This document shows positions 1 to 10,611 of a stretch of 64,000 bases of DNA, piece by piece. Each line of letters starts with the position of its first letter. The stretch's first letter is position 1. The DNA is taken from NCBI GenBank assembly GCA_965223415.1, contig OZ245002.1, positions 2,944,001-3,008,000 on the forward strand, given 5' to 3'. The notes beneath the pieces are model-generated. The model was not told the origin of the DNA, searched no databases, and saw only the letters and a program-made list of their open reading frames with translations. Both the position numbers and the translations under genes were made by a program. Source of the DNA: Myxococcota bacterium. Lineage in GTDB: Bacteria; Myxococcota_A; UBA9160; UBA6930.

Positions 1-149
1 GGGCGCCGGCTGAAGTCCCGCTTGGGGTGCGGTGGGACAGCCCCGCGAAGGCCTGTCCGGCGAAGCCCCAAGGCCCCCTGGAAGGGCGGTGAACGCCGGT
101 CAGCGCCGGGTACGCCGCTTGCACTCGGGTGGAGACGGAGGAATCGGTC

Positions 150-611
150 ATGAGCCGACGCGACCGCCTGATCGAACCGCGCAGCCACGATCCCTACCGC
201 CCGAAGGAGGGTCTGCCGGACCCGAGCGTGTGCCCGGATTGTGAGGCGACCTGGCGGGACGGCCGTTGGACCTGGCGGAACGGCCCGGCCGACGCGCCTC
301 GCATTCGCTGTTCCGCCTGCGCACGCATCCGCGACGGCTACCCGGCCGGCATCGTGCGCCTCTCCGGCGAGTTCCAGCGCACGCACCGTGCCGATATCGA
401 AGCCCTCATCCGCAACGTGGAGAAGCGGGAAAGAGGCGAGCATCCGGTCAACCGCATCATGCAGGCGCGAGACGAAGACGGAGACCTCGTCGTGACGACG
501 ACGGACATCCACCTCGCGCGCGCCATCGGATCAGCCGTGGAAAGCGCCTATCACGGCGATCTCGACCTCGACTACGCCGAAGACGTGCTACGCGTCGACT
601 GGAGTCGTTAG
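150..611 (+). CDS. BCAM0308-family protein (two CxxC motifs)
   Basis: HDPY...CPDC...GRWTW...CSAC.RIRDGYPAG...TTTDIHLARAIG pattern; GGAGGA RBS before ATG150. Confidence 0.75.
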   Translation: MSRRDRLIEPRSHDPYRPKEGLPDPSVCPDCEATWRDGRWTWRNGPADAPRIRCSACARIRDGYPAGIVRLSGEFQRTHRADIEALIRNVEKRERGEHPVNRIMQARDEDGDLVVTTTDIHLARAIGSAVESAYHGDLDLDYAEDVLRVDWSR

Positions 612-848
612 GCCGTCGTCGCGGCCGGGGAGCCCGACGCAGGGCATGTTCGCGCGGAGCGCACTCGGTATGCGGGCCTTCCCGCTCGAGGCGAGGGGTG
701 CCCGGGCTCGCGCCCGAGTCGAATCCGCTCGTGCACCGGGGCGCACGGCGGGCGCCCTACAGACACGCTGACGCGCCTGCGCCGGGCTCGGGGATGAGCT
801 CCCTCCTCGCGTCGCCGGTCCGGGGGGAGACCGGCGAGGCGGGTGGTG

Positions 849-956
849 CTAGTGCGGCCGGTGGTGCGGCTTGCGGAGGCCGGAAATCAGCCAGCCTCCG
901 AGGAAGACGCCGCCCACCACGGCCCCGACCAGCAGCGTGATGACGAGTTCCCACAT
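849..956 (-). CDS. 35-aa small membrane protein
   Basis: MWELVITLLVGAVVGGVFLGGWLISGLRKPHHRPH; GGAGG RBS upstream; one TM helix and basic tail. Confidence 0.5.
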   Translation of the reverse strand: MWELVITLLVGAVVGGVFLGGWLISGLRKPHHRPH

Positions 957-1315
957 GGTTCGACCTCCGGAGACCTGGGGCCTCCTGGGGGGAACGGTCC
1001 TCTCGAGGGAGCCCTTCCCGGGGCTCCGTCGGGCCGGAGCGTCCGAAGCCGGCACCGGGGCCGACCCCGGCGGTGTGGGCCGGGCGGGGTGCTCTCCATG
1101 GCGTCCTCCACGAAAGAGGGCTTGGACATCATACACCACGTTGTGACGCCGGGGTCGAATTTCGCCATCCCGCGGGGCGAGGTCCCCGGCATACGGTCCG
1201 ATGGCGCTCCGGGAGCACGGCGGGGAAGCCCCCGTCGTCGAGCTGGGCCCAGCATGGGGTGGGCGGGCGGCCATCCTCGGCTACACCCTGGGAACCCGCG
1301 CGCCAGCGAGCCTCC

Positions 1316-2422
1316 ATGATCCGACACCTCCTCTGCCTGCTCGGGGCCGGCCTGCTCTTCGCAGCGACCTCCGCCTCCGCCGAAGAGCCTCACGCCCACC
1401 ATGGCCCGGAAGGTTTCGTGAACCCCCACGTGGAAGTCCCCCACGGCGGCCAGGGCAGCTTTCTTCGCGCCCGCTTCGCGAGCGGACCGTGGCCGGGCCA
1501 CGACCCGGACGTCTTCACCGTGCCGACGGCGACTCCGGAGCCGGTGCCGGCGGGGGGCGCGACGGACAATGCCCGGGTCACCTGGATCGGCCACTCCACG
1601 GTGCTGATCCAGCACCGCGGTGTGAACGTGATCACCGACCCGATGCTGAGCCCGTACGCCTCGCCGATCCGCTTCGCCGGGCCGCGGCGCATCTCCGAGC
1701 CGGGCATTGCCCTGGAAAACCTGCCGCCCATCGACGTCGTCGTGATCTCCCACGACCACTACGACCACCTGGACGTGCCCACGATCGAGGCCCTCGGAGA
1801 GGGGCCACGCTATCTGGTCCCCCTGGGCCTGCGGAGCTGGTTTGCCGGGCGAGGCGTCGATCCCGCCCGGGTCGACGAGCTGGACTGGTGGGACCAGCGG
1901 GAGCTCCAGGTGCGCGGCGAGCGCCTCCGCGTCACGGCCACTCCGAGTCAGCACTTCTCGGGGCGCGGCCTGACCGATCGGGACGAGACCCTGTGGGCCG
2001 CCTGGGCCCTCGAGTGGATCGACTTCTCCGCCTGGTTCGGCGGCGACACAGGCTACAACGGCGTCCAGTTCAAGGAGATCGGCCGGCGCTTCGGCGGCTT
2101 CGACCTCGGCATCATCCCGATCGGCGCCTACCGACCCCGCTGGTTCATGGGCGTCGTCCACGTGAACCCGGCGGAGGCGGTGCGGATCCACCAGGACCTC
2201 GGCGCGCGCCGGTCGATCGGCGTCCACTGGGGCACCTTCGTGCTCTCGCAGGAGGCCTCGCACGAGCCGCCGCAGGAGCTGCGCGCCGCCGTGCGCGAAG
2301 CGGGGCTCGCCGAGGGCGCGTTCTCCGCCTGGAAGGTGGGCGAGACCCGGGCGTTCCAGGCTCCGCCGCCGCGCGATCAGGCGTCCGCGGCGTCCTCCTC
2401 GGGAGCCACGATCACGCCGTAG
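1316..2422 (+). CDS. Secreted MBL-fold metallo-hydrolase (NAPE-PLD-like)
   Basis: Signal peptide; TWIGHST, SHDHYDHLD, GDTGY, PIGAY, HWGTF motifs. Confidence 0.9.
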   Translation: MIRHLLCLLGAGLLFAATSASAEEPHAHHGPEGFVNPHVEVPHGGQGSFLRARFASGPWPGHDPDVFTVPTATPEPVPAGGATDNARVTWIGHSTVLIQHRGVNVITDPMLSPYASPIRFAGPRRISEPGIALENLPPIDVVVISHDHYDHLDVPTIEALGEGPRYLVPLGLRSWFAGRGVDPARVDELDWWDQRELQVRGERLRVTATPSQHFSGRGLTDRDETLWAAWALEWIDFSAWFGGDTGYNGVQFKEIGRRFGGFDLGIIPIGAYRPRWFMGVVHVNPAEAVRIHQDLGARRSIGVHWGTFVLSQEASHEPPQELRAAVREAGLAEGAFSAWKVGETRAFQAPPPRDQASAASSSGATITP

Positions 2423-2580
2423 CCCTCGAGGTCTTCCCGGTCCGCCACCTCGGAGCGAGGCGCGTCGTCGGCGGGGGCCGATCGCTGCTGGGCCTTGAGC
2501 TCGCGCTTGAGCGCGGCCGCTTCGGCCTTCTTCTTCTCTCGAAGCCGCTTCTGCACCGACATTCGCTTGGATCGTGCCAC
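2377..2580 (-). CDS. Small hypothetical protein (basic N-terminus, acidic C-terminus)
   Basis: 67-aa ORF with plausible codon use and AAGGGG RBS; tail overlaps the convergent gene. Confidence 0.55.
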   Translation of the reverse strand: MARSKRMSVQKRLREKKKAEAAALKRELKAQQRSAPADDAPRSEVADREDLEGYGVIVAPEEDAADA

Positions 2581-2773
2581 GTTGCCCCCTTTCCGAGAGA
2601 GCCCCCCGCTGCGATCGTGGATCGGGCGGATCGGGCGGAGACCGGGCCGGCCAGGAGCGAGAGCGGGGCGCCCCCGCGGGTCACTGCACCCGGGCCCGGG
2701 AGAGACTCCTCGGCTGCGGAGGGTAACGAAACTTGCGGGGAGTGCCGGCGGGGGTGAAACACCCTACCTAGAC

Positions 2774-4441
2774 CTATTCCAGACCCGCGATCTCGCCTTC
2801 GACCAGGCCGATCTGCTCCGCCAGGGGGTGTCGGGGCAGGCCGGGCATGCGCAGGATGTCGCCGGTCAGCACCACCAGGAAGCCGGCGCCGGCGTTCACC
2901 TGGACCGAGCGCACGGTCACCTCGAAGCCCTCGGGGCGGCCCCGGAGCTTCGGGTCGTCGGAGAGGGAGCCCGGCGTCTTGGCGATGCACACCGGCAGGC
3001 CTGCGTAGCCGAGCCGCTCCAGGTCCCGGATCTCGCGGCGCGCTTGCCGGTTGAGCTCGAGGCCGGTGGCGCCGTACATGCGGCGCGCGACGGCGAGGAT
3101 CTTGTCCGGGATGGCATCGCCGAGGTCGTAGAGCGGCGTGAAGCGGCGGGCCGGGTCGGCGTGGGCCTGCACCGCCCGCGCCAGCTCCAGCGCCCCCTCA
3201 CCACCGCGGGCGTGGTGATCCGAGACGGCGAAGGGCACGCCGGCCGCTTCGCAGCGTTCACGGACCGCGGCGATCTCCTCCTCCTCGTCGTCGGCGAAGC
3301 GATTCAGGGCCACGATCGGCGCCAGCCCGAAGTGCCGGATGTTCTCCACGTGCTTGTCCAGGTTGGGGAGGCCGCGCCCGACTGCTGCGGGGTCGGGCGC
3401 CGCCAGCGCCTTGCGGAGAATGCCGCCGTGCATCTTCAGGGCGCGCACCGTCGCGACCAGGACCACCGCCGCAGTCTCCAGGCCGGCGGCCCGGCTCTTG
3501 ATGTGGAAGAACTTCTCCGCGCCCAGGTCGAAGCCGAAGCCGGCCTCGGTGATCGCCCAATCCGCCAGGTGGAGGGCCATGCGCGTGGCGATGACGCTGT
3601 TGCAGCCGTGGGCGATGTTCGCGAACGGGCCGCCGTGGACGAGCGCCGGCGTCCCCTCGAGCGTCTGCACCAGGTTGGGCCACAGGGCGTCGCGCAGCAG
3701 GGCGAGCATGGCACCGGAGCCCGAGAGCCTCTCGGCGGTGACCGGCTCGCCGTCGTAGGTGAAGCCGATCAGGATGCGGTCGAGCCGCGCCCGCAGGTCT
3801 TCCTCGTCCTCGGCGAGGCACAGGACCGCCATCACCTCCGAGGCGGCCGTGATGTCGAAGCCGGTCTCCCGGGGGACGCCCTGCTTGCTCCCACCGAGGC
3901 CGATGATCACGTCGCGGAGCGCCCGGTCGTTCATGTCCATCACCCGTCGCCAGAGGATCCGGCGGGGGTCGATGCGCAGGGCGTTGCCGAAGTAGAGGTG
4001 GTTGTCGACGAGGGCCGCCAGCAGGTTGTGGGCCGTCGTCACCGCATGGAAGTCGCCGGTGAAGTGGAGGTTGATCCGCTCCATGGGCAGCACCTGGCTG
4101 TAGCCGCCGCCGGTGGCGCCTCCCTTCATGCCCAGCGACGGGCCGAGGGAGGGCTCGCGCAGGGCGAGGCAGGTGGACTCGCCGAGCCGCGCCAGGCCCT
4201 GGGCCAGGCCGATGCTGGTGGTCGTCTTGCCCTCGCCGGCCGGGGTTGGCGTGATGGCCGAGACGAGCACGAGGCGGCCGGTCCCGGGGCGGCGCCGGCG
4301 CTTACGAAGCGCGGCGGGAGACACCTTGGCGACATCGTCACCGAACAGGCGAACCTGTTCGGTGGGAAGGCCCAGCTCCCCGATGACCTCGTGGATCGGT
4401 CGGGGACGTGCGGCGCGGGCGATCTGGACGTCGGTCGGCAT
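2774..4441 (-). CDS. fhs: Formate--tetrahydrofolate ligase
   Basis: TPTPAGEGKTTT, KGGATGGGYSQV, HGGPFANIAHG, MPGLP motifs; 555 aa from MPTDVQIA. Confidence 0.97.
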   Translation of the reverse strand: MPTDVQIARAARPRPIHEVIGELGLPTEQVRLFGDDVAKVSPAALRKRRRRPGTGRLVLVSAITPTPAGEGKTTTSIGLAQGLARLGESTCLALREPSLGPSLGMKGGATGGGYSQVLPMERINLHFTGDFHAVTTAHNLLAALVDNHLYFGNALRIDPRRILWRRVMDMNDRALRDVIIGLGGSKQGVPRETGFDITAASEVMAVLCLAEDEEDLRARLDRILIGFTYDGEPVTAERLSGSGAMLALLRDALWPNLVQTLEGTPALVHGGPFANIAHGCNSVIATRMALHLADWAITEAGFGFDLGAEKFFHIKSRAAGLETAAVVLVATVRALKMHGGILRKALAAPDPAAVGRGLPNLDKHVENIRHFGLAPIVALNRFADDEEEEIAAVRERCEAAGVPFAVSDHHARGGEGALELARAVQAHADPARRFTPLYDLGDAIPDKILAVARRMYGATGLELNRQARREIRDLERLGYAGLPVCIAKTPGSLSDDPKLRGRPEGFEVTVRSVQVNAGAGFLVVLTGDILRMPGLPRHPLAEQIGLVEGEIAGLE

Positions 4442-4505
4442 GGATCGCACGATAGCCGCCCGGCGCGGCGCCGGGGCCAGCGTCCGCCGGCCCCGGCGCA
4501 CGGAG

Positions 4506-5225
4506 TCACGGCGTGGCGGAGGGTGTGCCCCAGGTCTTGACGGTGCGCAGCACGAAGGCGCCGTGGAACTCGGAGATGGCGTCGGTGGCCTTCTGGAAGG
4601 CGGCCCAGTCGTCGCTCGCGAACAGCATCTCGTTCGATGCCTCGGCTTCCGCCGCACTCGCGAAGCCGGTCGAGACGATGTGGGTCACGGCCGTCAGACC
4701 TGCGGCCGCCACACCCGAGAGATAGGTGGTGCCGGGAATCCCCTTGCCCGTTTCGGATTGGAGCAGGGCGTCCATCGCGGCGAGGTAGGCGGGCGGGTCG
4801 TCGACGCTGACCGCGTAGAGGACCCAGTACGCGTCGGTGTCGCCTTCCTCCCCCCAGCTCTTGGCGAAGACCATGCGGGAAGTGGCGCCGAGGTCCGTCA
4901 GGCTGGCGACCGTGTCCCGGAACGCGGCCCAGTCCGGATTGCCCTGGAGCTTCTGCTGCCAGGCTTCGCGAGCGGCCAGCGACTCCATCGAAGTGATGAA
5001 GCCATGAGTCGCGGGATCGCCGCCGTCGATCTCGTTCGCCATCAGGGACAGAGTGCCGGGCATCTCCTTGCCGATGGGCGAGGCCATGAACTTGTCGGCC
5101 GCCGCCACGATCTTGGCGACGTTCTGTGGGTCCGTCCGGAAGGTGAGGGATTGCCAGTTCGGGGCAGCGTGCGCCGAGGCACTCAGGAACAGGAGACCGG
5201 TCACGAGAACGAGAAGTCTTGTCAT
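4506..5225 (-). CDS. Secreted hypothetical protein (two similar halves, possibly NIPSNAP/dimeric alpha-beta barrel-like)
   Basis: Signal peptide; both halves contain TH...(D)WAAF; CAGGAGG RBS. Confidence 0.6.
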   Translation of the reverse strand: MTRLLVLVTGLLFLSASAHAAPNWQSLTFRTDPQNVAKIVAAADKFMASPIGKEMPGTLSLMANEIDGGDPATHGFITSMESLAAREAWQQKLQGNPDWAAFRDTVASLTDLGATSRMVFAKSWGEEGDTDAYWVLYAVSVDDPPAYLAAMDALLQSETGKGIPGTTYLSGVAAAGLTAVTHIVSTGFASAAEAEASNEMLFASDDWAAFQKATDAISEFHGAFVLRTVKTWGTPSATP

Positions 5226-5290
5226 GGGGAGATCCTCCTGGGACGTTTGTGCCACGCCCGCGTACCGAAGTCACGCCCTATTCGGGGCGC

Positions 5291-6325
<1,035 letters not shown>

Positions 6326-6344
6326 CGGGCTCCTCCGATTGATG

Positions 6345-6398
6345 TCTACACTGTAGATTCGATTTCGGGCAGTGTAGTCTACGCCGTAGACTCGTCAA
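6345..6398 (-). promoter_or_regulatory. sigma70 promoter of the diiron gene with two TetR-type operators
   Basis: Minus strand TTGACG-16-TACACT; palindromes TCTACA-C-TGTAGA (6345-6357) and AGTCTACG-C-CGTAGACT (6376-6392). Confidence 0.8.
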
Positions 6399-6421
6399 GA
6401 CCCTTCAGCTAGATTCGCCGG

Positions 6422-7096
6422 GTGCCCGCAACCCCTCGGACTTCGGCCCGAAAACGGCCTGCCCTCTCCCCGGACCGCATCGTCGCGGCCGCGCTGGCCC
6501 TGGCGGACACCCGCGGCGATTTCTCGATGCGCGCCCTGGGCCAGAAGCTGCGGGTGGACCCGATGGCCATCTACCGGCACTTCCGAGACAAGGACGCGGT
6601 GCTCGACGCGATGGTCGACGCGGCCCTGGCCGAGCTCGCGGCGCCGCCGAAGAGCGCCGGCACCGCCCGCGCCCGCCTGCGTCGCATGTGCATCGACTTC
6701 CGAGCCTGCCTCGATGCCCATCCCGGCGTGGCGATGCGCGTCTCGACCACCCGACCGACCCTGGGGCCGCACACCGTCGGGCTTACCGAGGCGTGCCTCG
6801 GCCTGCTGCGCGAGATGGGCTTCGACGCCCGGGAGGCGACCCGCGCCTTCATGATGGTCATCCGCTTCATCACCGGCGTGGCGGCCGCCGACGGCCACCT
6901 GCGCGCCGAGGGCCTCGACGAGGACGCCTGGCGCGAGGACCTGCGGGCGGGCTACGCCTCCGTGTCGCCCGCGGAGCACCCGAACGTCGCCGCCATGGCG
7001 GAAGAGGTGGCGAGCCTCGGCATGCAGGAGGAGTTCGAGTACGGACTCGATCTGCTGCTCGAGGGCTTGGAGCGCCGGGCGGGGACCGGGGCCTAG
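6422..7096 (+). CDS. TetR/AcrR regulator (TetR_C type)
   Basis: FSMRALGQKLRVDPMAIYRHF HTH; C-terminal FEYGLDLLLEGL. Confidence 0.92.
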   Translation: MPATPRTSARKRPALSPDRIVAAALALADTRGDFSMRALGQKLRVDPMAIYRHFRDKDAVLDAMVDAALAELAAPPKSAGTARARLRRMCIDFRACLDAHPGVAMRVSTTRPTLGPHTVGLTEACLGLLREMGFDAREATRAFMMVIRFITGVAAADGHLRAEGLDEDAWREDLRAGYASVSPAEHPNVAAMAEEVASLGMQEEFEYGLDLLLEGLERRAGTGA

Positions 7097-7111
7097 CCGC
7101 CTCACCGTTCC

Positions 7112-7528
7112 CTACTCGACCTGGATCGTGCGCAGGTGGTCGGCCAGTGCCCGGGCGTCGAGAGTGGGCCCGTAGGTCGCGAAGGGCTCGCCCGCGTGCT
7201 CCTGGGCGAAGACCGCCCCCCAGACCGGCATCTCCTGCGGGCCGTGCTGGGCGGCGAGGAAGCGCCCGTCGATCACCATCATCACGGCGGACTCGTCGAA
7301 GCGTCCGCCGCCCCGACGGGCCAGGGTGGTGAGATCCGCCGGGGCGGCGGTGAGGGATTCGGCCAGGGGGCCGTCGCCGGCTCCCGAAACGCCGTGGCAC
7401 GAAGCGCAGTGGCGCTTGTAGAGGACGGCGCCGGCGACCTCGTCGGTGCGCTTGTCGATGCAGCCGCCGGCGGAGACCCCCGCGCACAGGAGAAGCACAA
7501 AGATCGGAACGATGCTCCGCGCCTTCAC
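7112..7528 (-). CDS. Monoheme cytochrome c
   Basis: Signal/lipoprotein N-terminus; CASCH heme motif; HG..EMPVWG. Confidence 0.9.
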   Translation of the reverse strand: MKARSIVPIFVLLLCAGVSAGGCIDKRTDEVAGAVLYKRHCASCHGVSGAGDGPLAESLTAAPADLTTLARRGGGRFDESAVMMVIDGRFLAAQHGPQEMPVWGAVFAQEHAGEPFATYGPTLDARALADHLRTIQVE

Positions 7529-7665
7529 GCTGCCCCCTCACTGCTGCACACGATGGGCCCGTGCTCGACACCGTCAAGGGATGGGCCGACTGAGGCCCGC
7601 GACCCCACCGGGCGCCCATTCCTCCTCAATGCGGCGGGCTGTCGCGACCACGGCGAGCTACGGCT

Positions 7666-7680
7666 CGGCACGCCGATTGC
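7666..7680 (+). promoter_or_regulatory. sigma54 -24/-12 promoter
   Basis: CGGCAC-GCCGA-TTGC 26 nt before ATG7707. Confidence 0.65.
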
Positions 7681-7706
7681 GGTGGTCTCGACGTCGGAGG
7701 AACGAC

Positions 7707-8054
7707 ATGCGAATCGCAAGGATCGTCTTCGGCGCCTGCGTCGCCACCCTCGTGCTGGGACTCACCCTCCCGACCACGGTCGTCGCACAGCAGGAGCCTC
7801 CCGCAGCGGACGAACGGCCGATCTACGGCCGCGACCTGATGACGGAGCAGGAGCGGATCGAACACCGCGAACGGATGCGGAACGCGACCTCGGAGGAGGA
7901 GCGAGCTCGGATCCGTCAGGAGCACCACGAGCGCATGCGCGAGCGGGCGAAGGAGCGGGGCGTCGAGCTGCCGCCGGTGCCGCCGCCCCGCGGACGGGGC
8001 ATGGGACCGGGGCAGGGCGCGGGACCCGGAAAGGGGAAGGGCCCGCGTCGCTGA
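7707..8054 (+). CDS. Secreted helical hypothetical protein
   Basis: GGAGG RBS, signal peptide, IYGRDLMTEQER..HRERMR, Gly-rich tail. Confidence 0.75.
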   Translation: MRIARIVFGACVATLVLGLTLPTTVVAQQEPPAADERPIYGRDLMTEQERIEHRERMRNATSEEERARIRQEHHERMRERAKERGVELPPVPPPRGRGMGPGQGAGPGKGKGPRR

Positions 8055-8263
8055 CGTCTGGCCGGACCTCGCTCTCGAGTCGGCACGGGACGTCGAGGGC
8101 TACGCGCCCAAGGTGGCGACCCTGCGCCCGGATGCGTCCCTCGCCGAGGCGGGTCGCGTCCTCGCCCGCGAGCACGCGCCGATGCGGGGCCCGTGCAGCG
8201 GAAGGGATGCCGGCTCGCGGACGAGTGGTAGGCTTGGAGATCGGGTTCGCCACGGAGGGCGAG

Positions 8264-9061
8264 ATGCAGACGTCACGTCGGAGTTCCTGGATCTGGGTGA
8301 CGATTCTCCTCGTCTCGGTATCGGCCGGGCGGGCAGCCCGCGCGGACTCCCATCTGAACTGCTCGGCCTATGCCGGCATGGCCGTCTCGCAGCAGGAGCA
8401 GAACGTTGCGCAGGCCTGTGGCTTCACCGGAGGCGCATGGTCTACGGACTTCCAGGCCCACTTCACGTGGTGCAACACCAGTGCCCAGATGGCCGACCTC
8501 GTCCGTGAGGACGAGGCGCGCAAGCAAGCCCTGGCCCAGTGCGCCAACAAGCCGAAGCTCGACCAGGCGATCTGCCAGGAGTATTCGGCCAACGCAGTGC
8601 TGCAGGCCCGCATGGCCGAGCAGGCGAAATGCGGCCTGAAGGGCGGCCGATGGTCCGAGGACTATGGGCCGCATTTCGACTGGTGTTTCGGGGCCCCTCG
8701 GGCGCAGCGCGATCTCGAGGCCCAGGCCCGCGAGTCCGAGCTGTCGGGCTGTCTGGCGGTGAGGAAGTCGGACCAGGAAACCCGTTGTCTGGCCTATGCG
8801 GAGGCTGCGGTGCTCCAGAACGAAGACAACCTGGCGCGGAGCTGCGGGTTCGACGGCGGGCGCTGGAGCGCTGACTCGCCGGGCCACTTCAGCTGGTGCA
8901 TGGGCGTGCCCGAATCCGCCTCAGCGGCCGAAGGAGACGCGCGCAACGCCGCCCTGCGGGACAGCTGCAAGAAGGCGAAGAAGACGACCTGCTGGACCGA
9001 GACCAAGCCGGCGGTCGGGATTCCGCCCTGGCGCGTCGTGCGGCACTGCAAGACGCAGTGA
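8264..9061 (+). CDS. Secreted Cys-rich protein with three 71-aa repeats
   Basis: GGAGG RBS, signal peptide; three CxxY...CG.xGG.WS.D...HF.WC...C units. Confidence 0.8.
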   Translation: MQTSRRSSWIWVTILLVSVSAGRAARADSHLNCSAYAGMAVSQQEQNVAQACGFTGGAWSTDFQAHFTWCNTSAQMADLVREDEARKQALAQCANKPKLDQAICQEYSANAVLQARMAEQAKCGLKGGRWSEDYGPHFDWCFGAPRAQRDLEAQARESELSGCLAVRKSDQETRCLAYAEAAVLQNEDNLARSCGFDGGRWSADSPGHFSWCMGVPESASAAEGDARNAALRDSCKKAKKTTCWTETKPAVGIPPWRVVRHCKTQ

Positions 9062-9200
9062 TCGCGCCGGCCCGGTCGGGAGCTGAGGCACGGGCGGCCC
9101 GCCTGGGGCGGACCGCCCCAGACCGCGGCCTTGCGCCGCGCCTGCCGCCGGTGGAGCGGCGGCGCGTGCCTTGCAGAGTCGCCTCCCCGAGGAGCAACGC

Positions 9201-10586
9201 ATGTCGGAGCCCATCCCGGGCGGCGCGGCCAGCGAGGTCGGCCCGGAGGATCTGAACCCCTACCACATGGCCCAGGCCCAGTTCGACCTGGCCAGCAGCT
9301 ACCTGCCGCGGCTCAAGACGGGCCTGATCGACTTCTTCAAGCGGCCGCGCCAGACGCTCACGGTCGAGTTCCCGGTGCTCACCGAGGAAGGCGACGTGCG
9401 CATGTTCACCGGCCATCGGGTGCTGCACAGCCGCATCCGCGGGCCCGGCAAGGGCGGCCTCCGCTACCACCCGGACACGAACGCCGACGAGGTGCGCGCG
9501 CTGGCTTCCTGGATGACCTGGAAGTGCGCCGTGGTGGACGTCCCGTTCGGCGGCGCCAAGGGCGGCGTGGCCTGCGATCCGAAGCAGCTCGACGAGGCCG
9601 ACCTGCGGCGGATCACCCGCCGCTACATCTCGGAGCTCGGCGACTTCATCGGTCCTCAGACCGATATCCCCGCGCCGGACATGAACACCGACGCCCAGAC
9701 CATGGCGTGGGTGTACGACACCTACAATGCGCTCCACCCAGGCGTGAACAACCTGCCGGTGGTGACCGGGAAGCCGCTCGACATCGGCGGCTGTCAGGGG
9801 CGCGACGAGGCCACGGGGCGGGGCCTTCTCTATGTCACCCAGGCCGTGCTCGACCGGGAGCTCCTGCCGGGCCGCAGCTCGCTGAGCGGTGCCGACGTGG
9901 TCATCCAGGGATGGGGGAACGTCGGCACCCACGTGGCGGAGCTCTTCCGGGAGGAAGGCGCGCGGATCATCGCGGTCGCGGATTCCCAGGGCGGCATCGT
10001 CAACAAGGAAGGCCTCGACGTCGAAGCGGTGCGGGAGCACCGGGGAGAGATGGGAACGGTCGTCGGCCTGGCCGGCACGGCCACGGTCACCAACGAGCAG
10101 CTCCTCGAGCTGCCGTGCGACGTGCTCGTTCCCGCCGCGGTCGGCGGACAGATCCGTCGCGACAACGCGCCCCTCGTGGCCGCCAAGATGATCGTCGAAG
10201 GCGCGAACGGCCCGGTCACGCCGGCCGCGGACCGCATCTTGACGGAGCGGGGGATTCCGGTGGTTCCCGACATCCTCGCGAACGCCGGCGGCGTCGTGGT
10301 CAGCTACTTCGAGTGGGTCCAGAACTCCGAGAACCAGCAGTGGGACCTGGAGGACGTGCACACGAAGCTGCACACGCGCATCACCCGCGCCGCCGAGGCG
10401 GTGCTGGACAAGCAGCAGCAGCTCGTGCGCGACCTCCCGGCCATCCGGGAGGCTCTCGACGGGGTTCGCGCGAAGCACCCCGTTCCCGAGGTCCCGCTGG
10501 ATCCGGTCACGCTGCGCTCGGCGGCGTACGTGCTGGCGATCGAGCGGGTCGCCAGCGTCGCGCTGGCGCGCGGGATCTGGCCCTAG
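9201..10586 (+). CDS. gdhA: Glu/Leu/Phe/Val dehydrogenase (glutamate dehydrogenase-like)
   Basis: GPGKGGLRYHP, PFGGAKGG, DIPAPD, GWGNVG, EGANGP, NAGGVVVSYFEW. Confidence 0.88.
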   Translation: MSEPIPGGAASEVGPEDLNPYHMAQAQFDLASSYLPRLKTGLIDFFKRPRQTLTVEFPVLTEEGDVRMFTGHRVLHSRIRGPGKGGLRYHPDTNADEVRALASWMTWKCAVVDVPFGGAKGGVACDPKQLDEADLRRITRRYISELGDFIGPQTDIPAPDMNTDAQTMAWVYDTYNALHPGVNNLPVVTGKPLDIGGCQGRDEATGRGLLYVTQAVLDRELLPGRSSLSGADVVIQGWGNVGTHVAELFREEGARIIAVADSQGGIVNKEGLDVEAVREHRGEMGTVVGLAGTATVTNEQLLELPCDVLVPAAVGGQIRRDNAPLVAAKMIVEGANGPVTPAADRILTERGIPVVPDILANAGGVVVSYFEWVQNSENQQWDLEDVHTKLHTRITRAAEAVLDKQQQLVRDLPAIREALDGVRAKHPVPEVPLDPVTLRSAAYVLAIERVASVALARGIWP

Positions 10587-10611
10587 GCACACACCCGAAC
10601 CAGGAGGTCCC

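Noticed and set aside
1..110. 6S RNA, SRP RNA or tRNA identity for the left-edge hairpin
   Set aside because: No SRP CAGG..GGAA..AGCAG core, no tRNA T-loop, and too little sequence to support 6S
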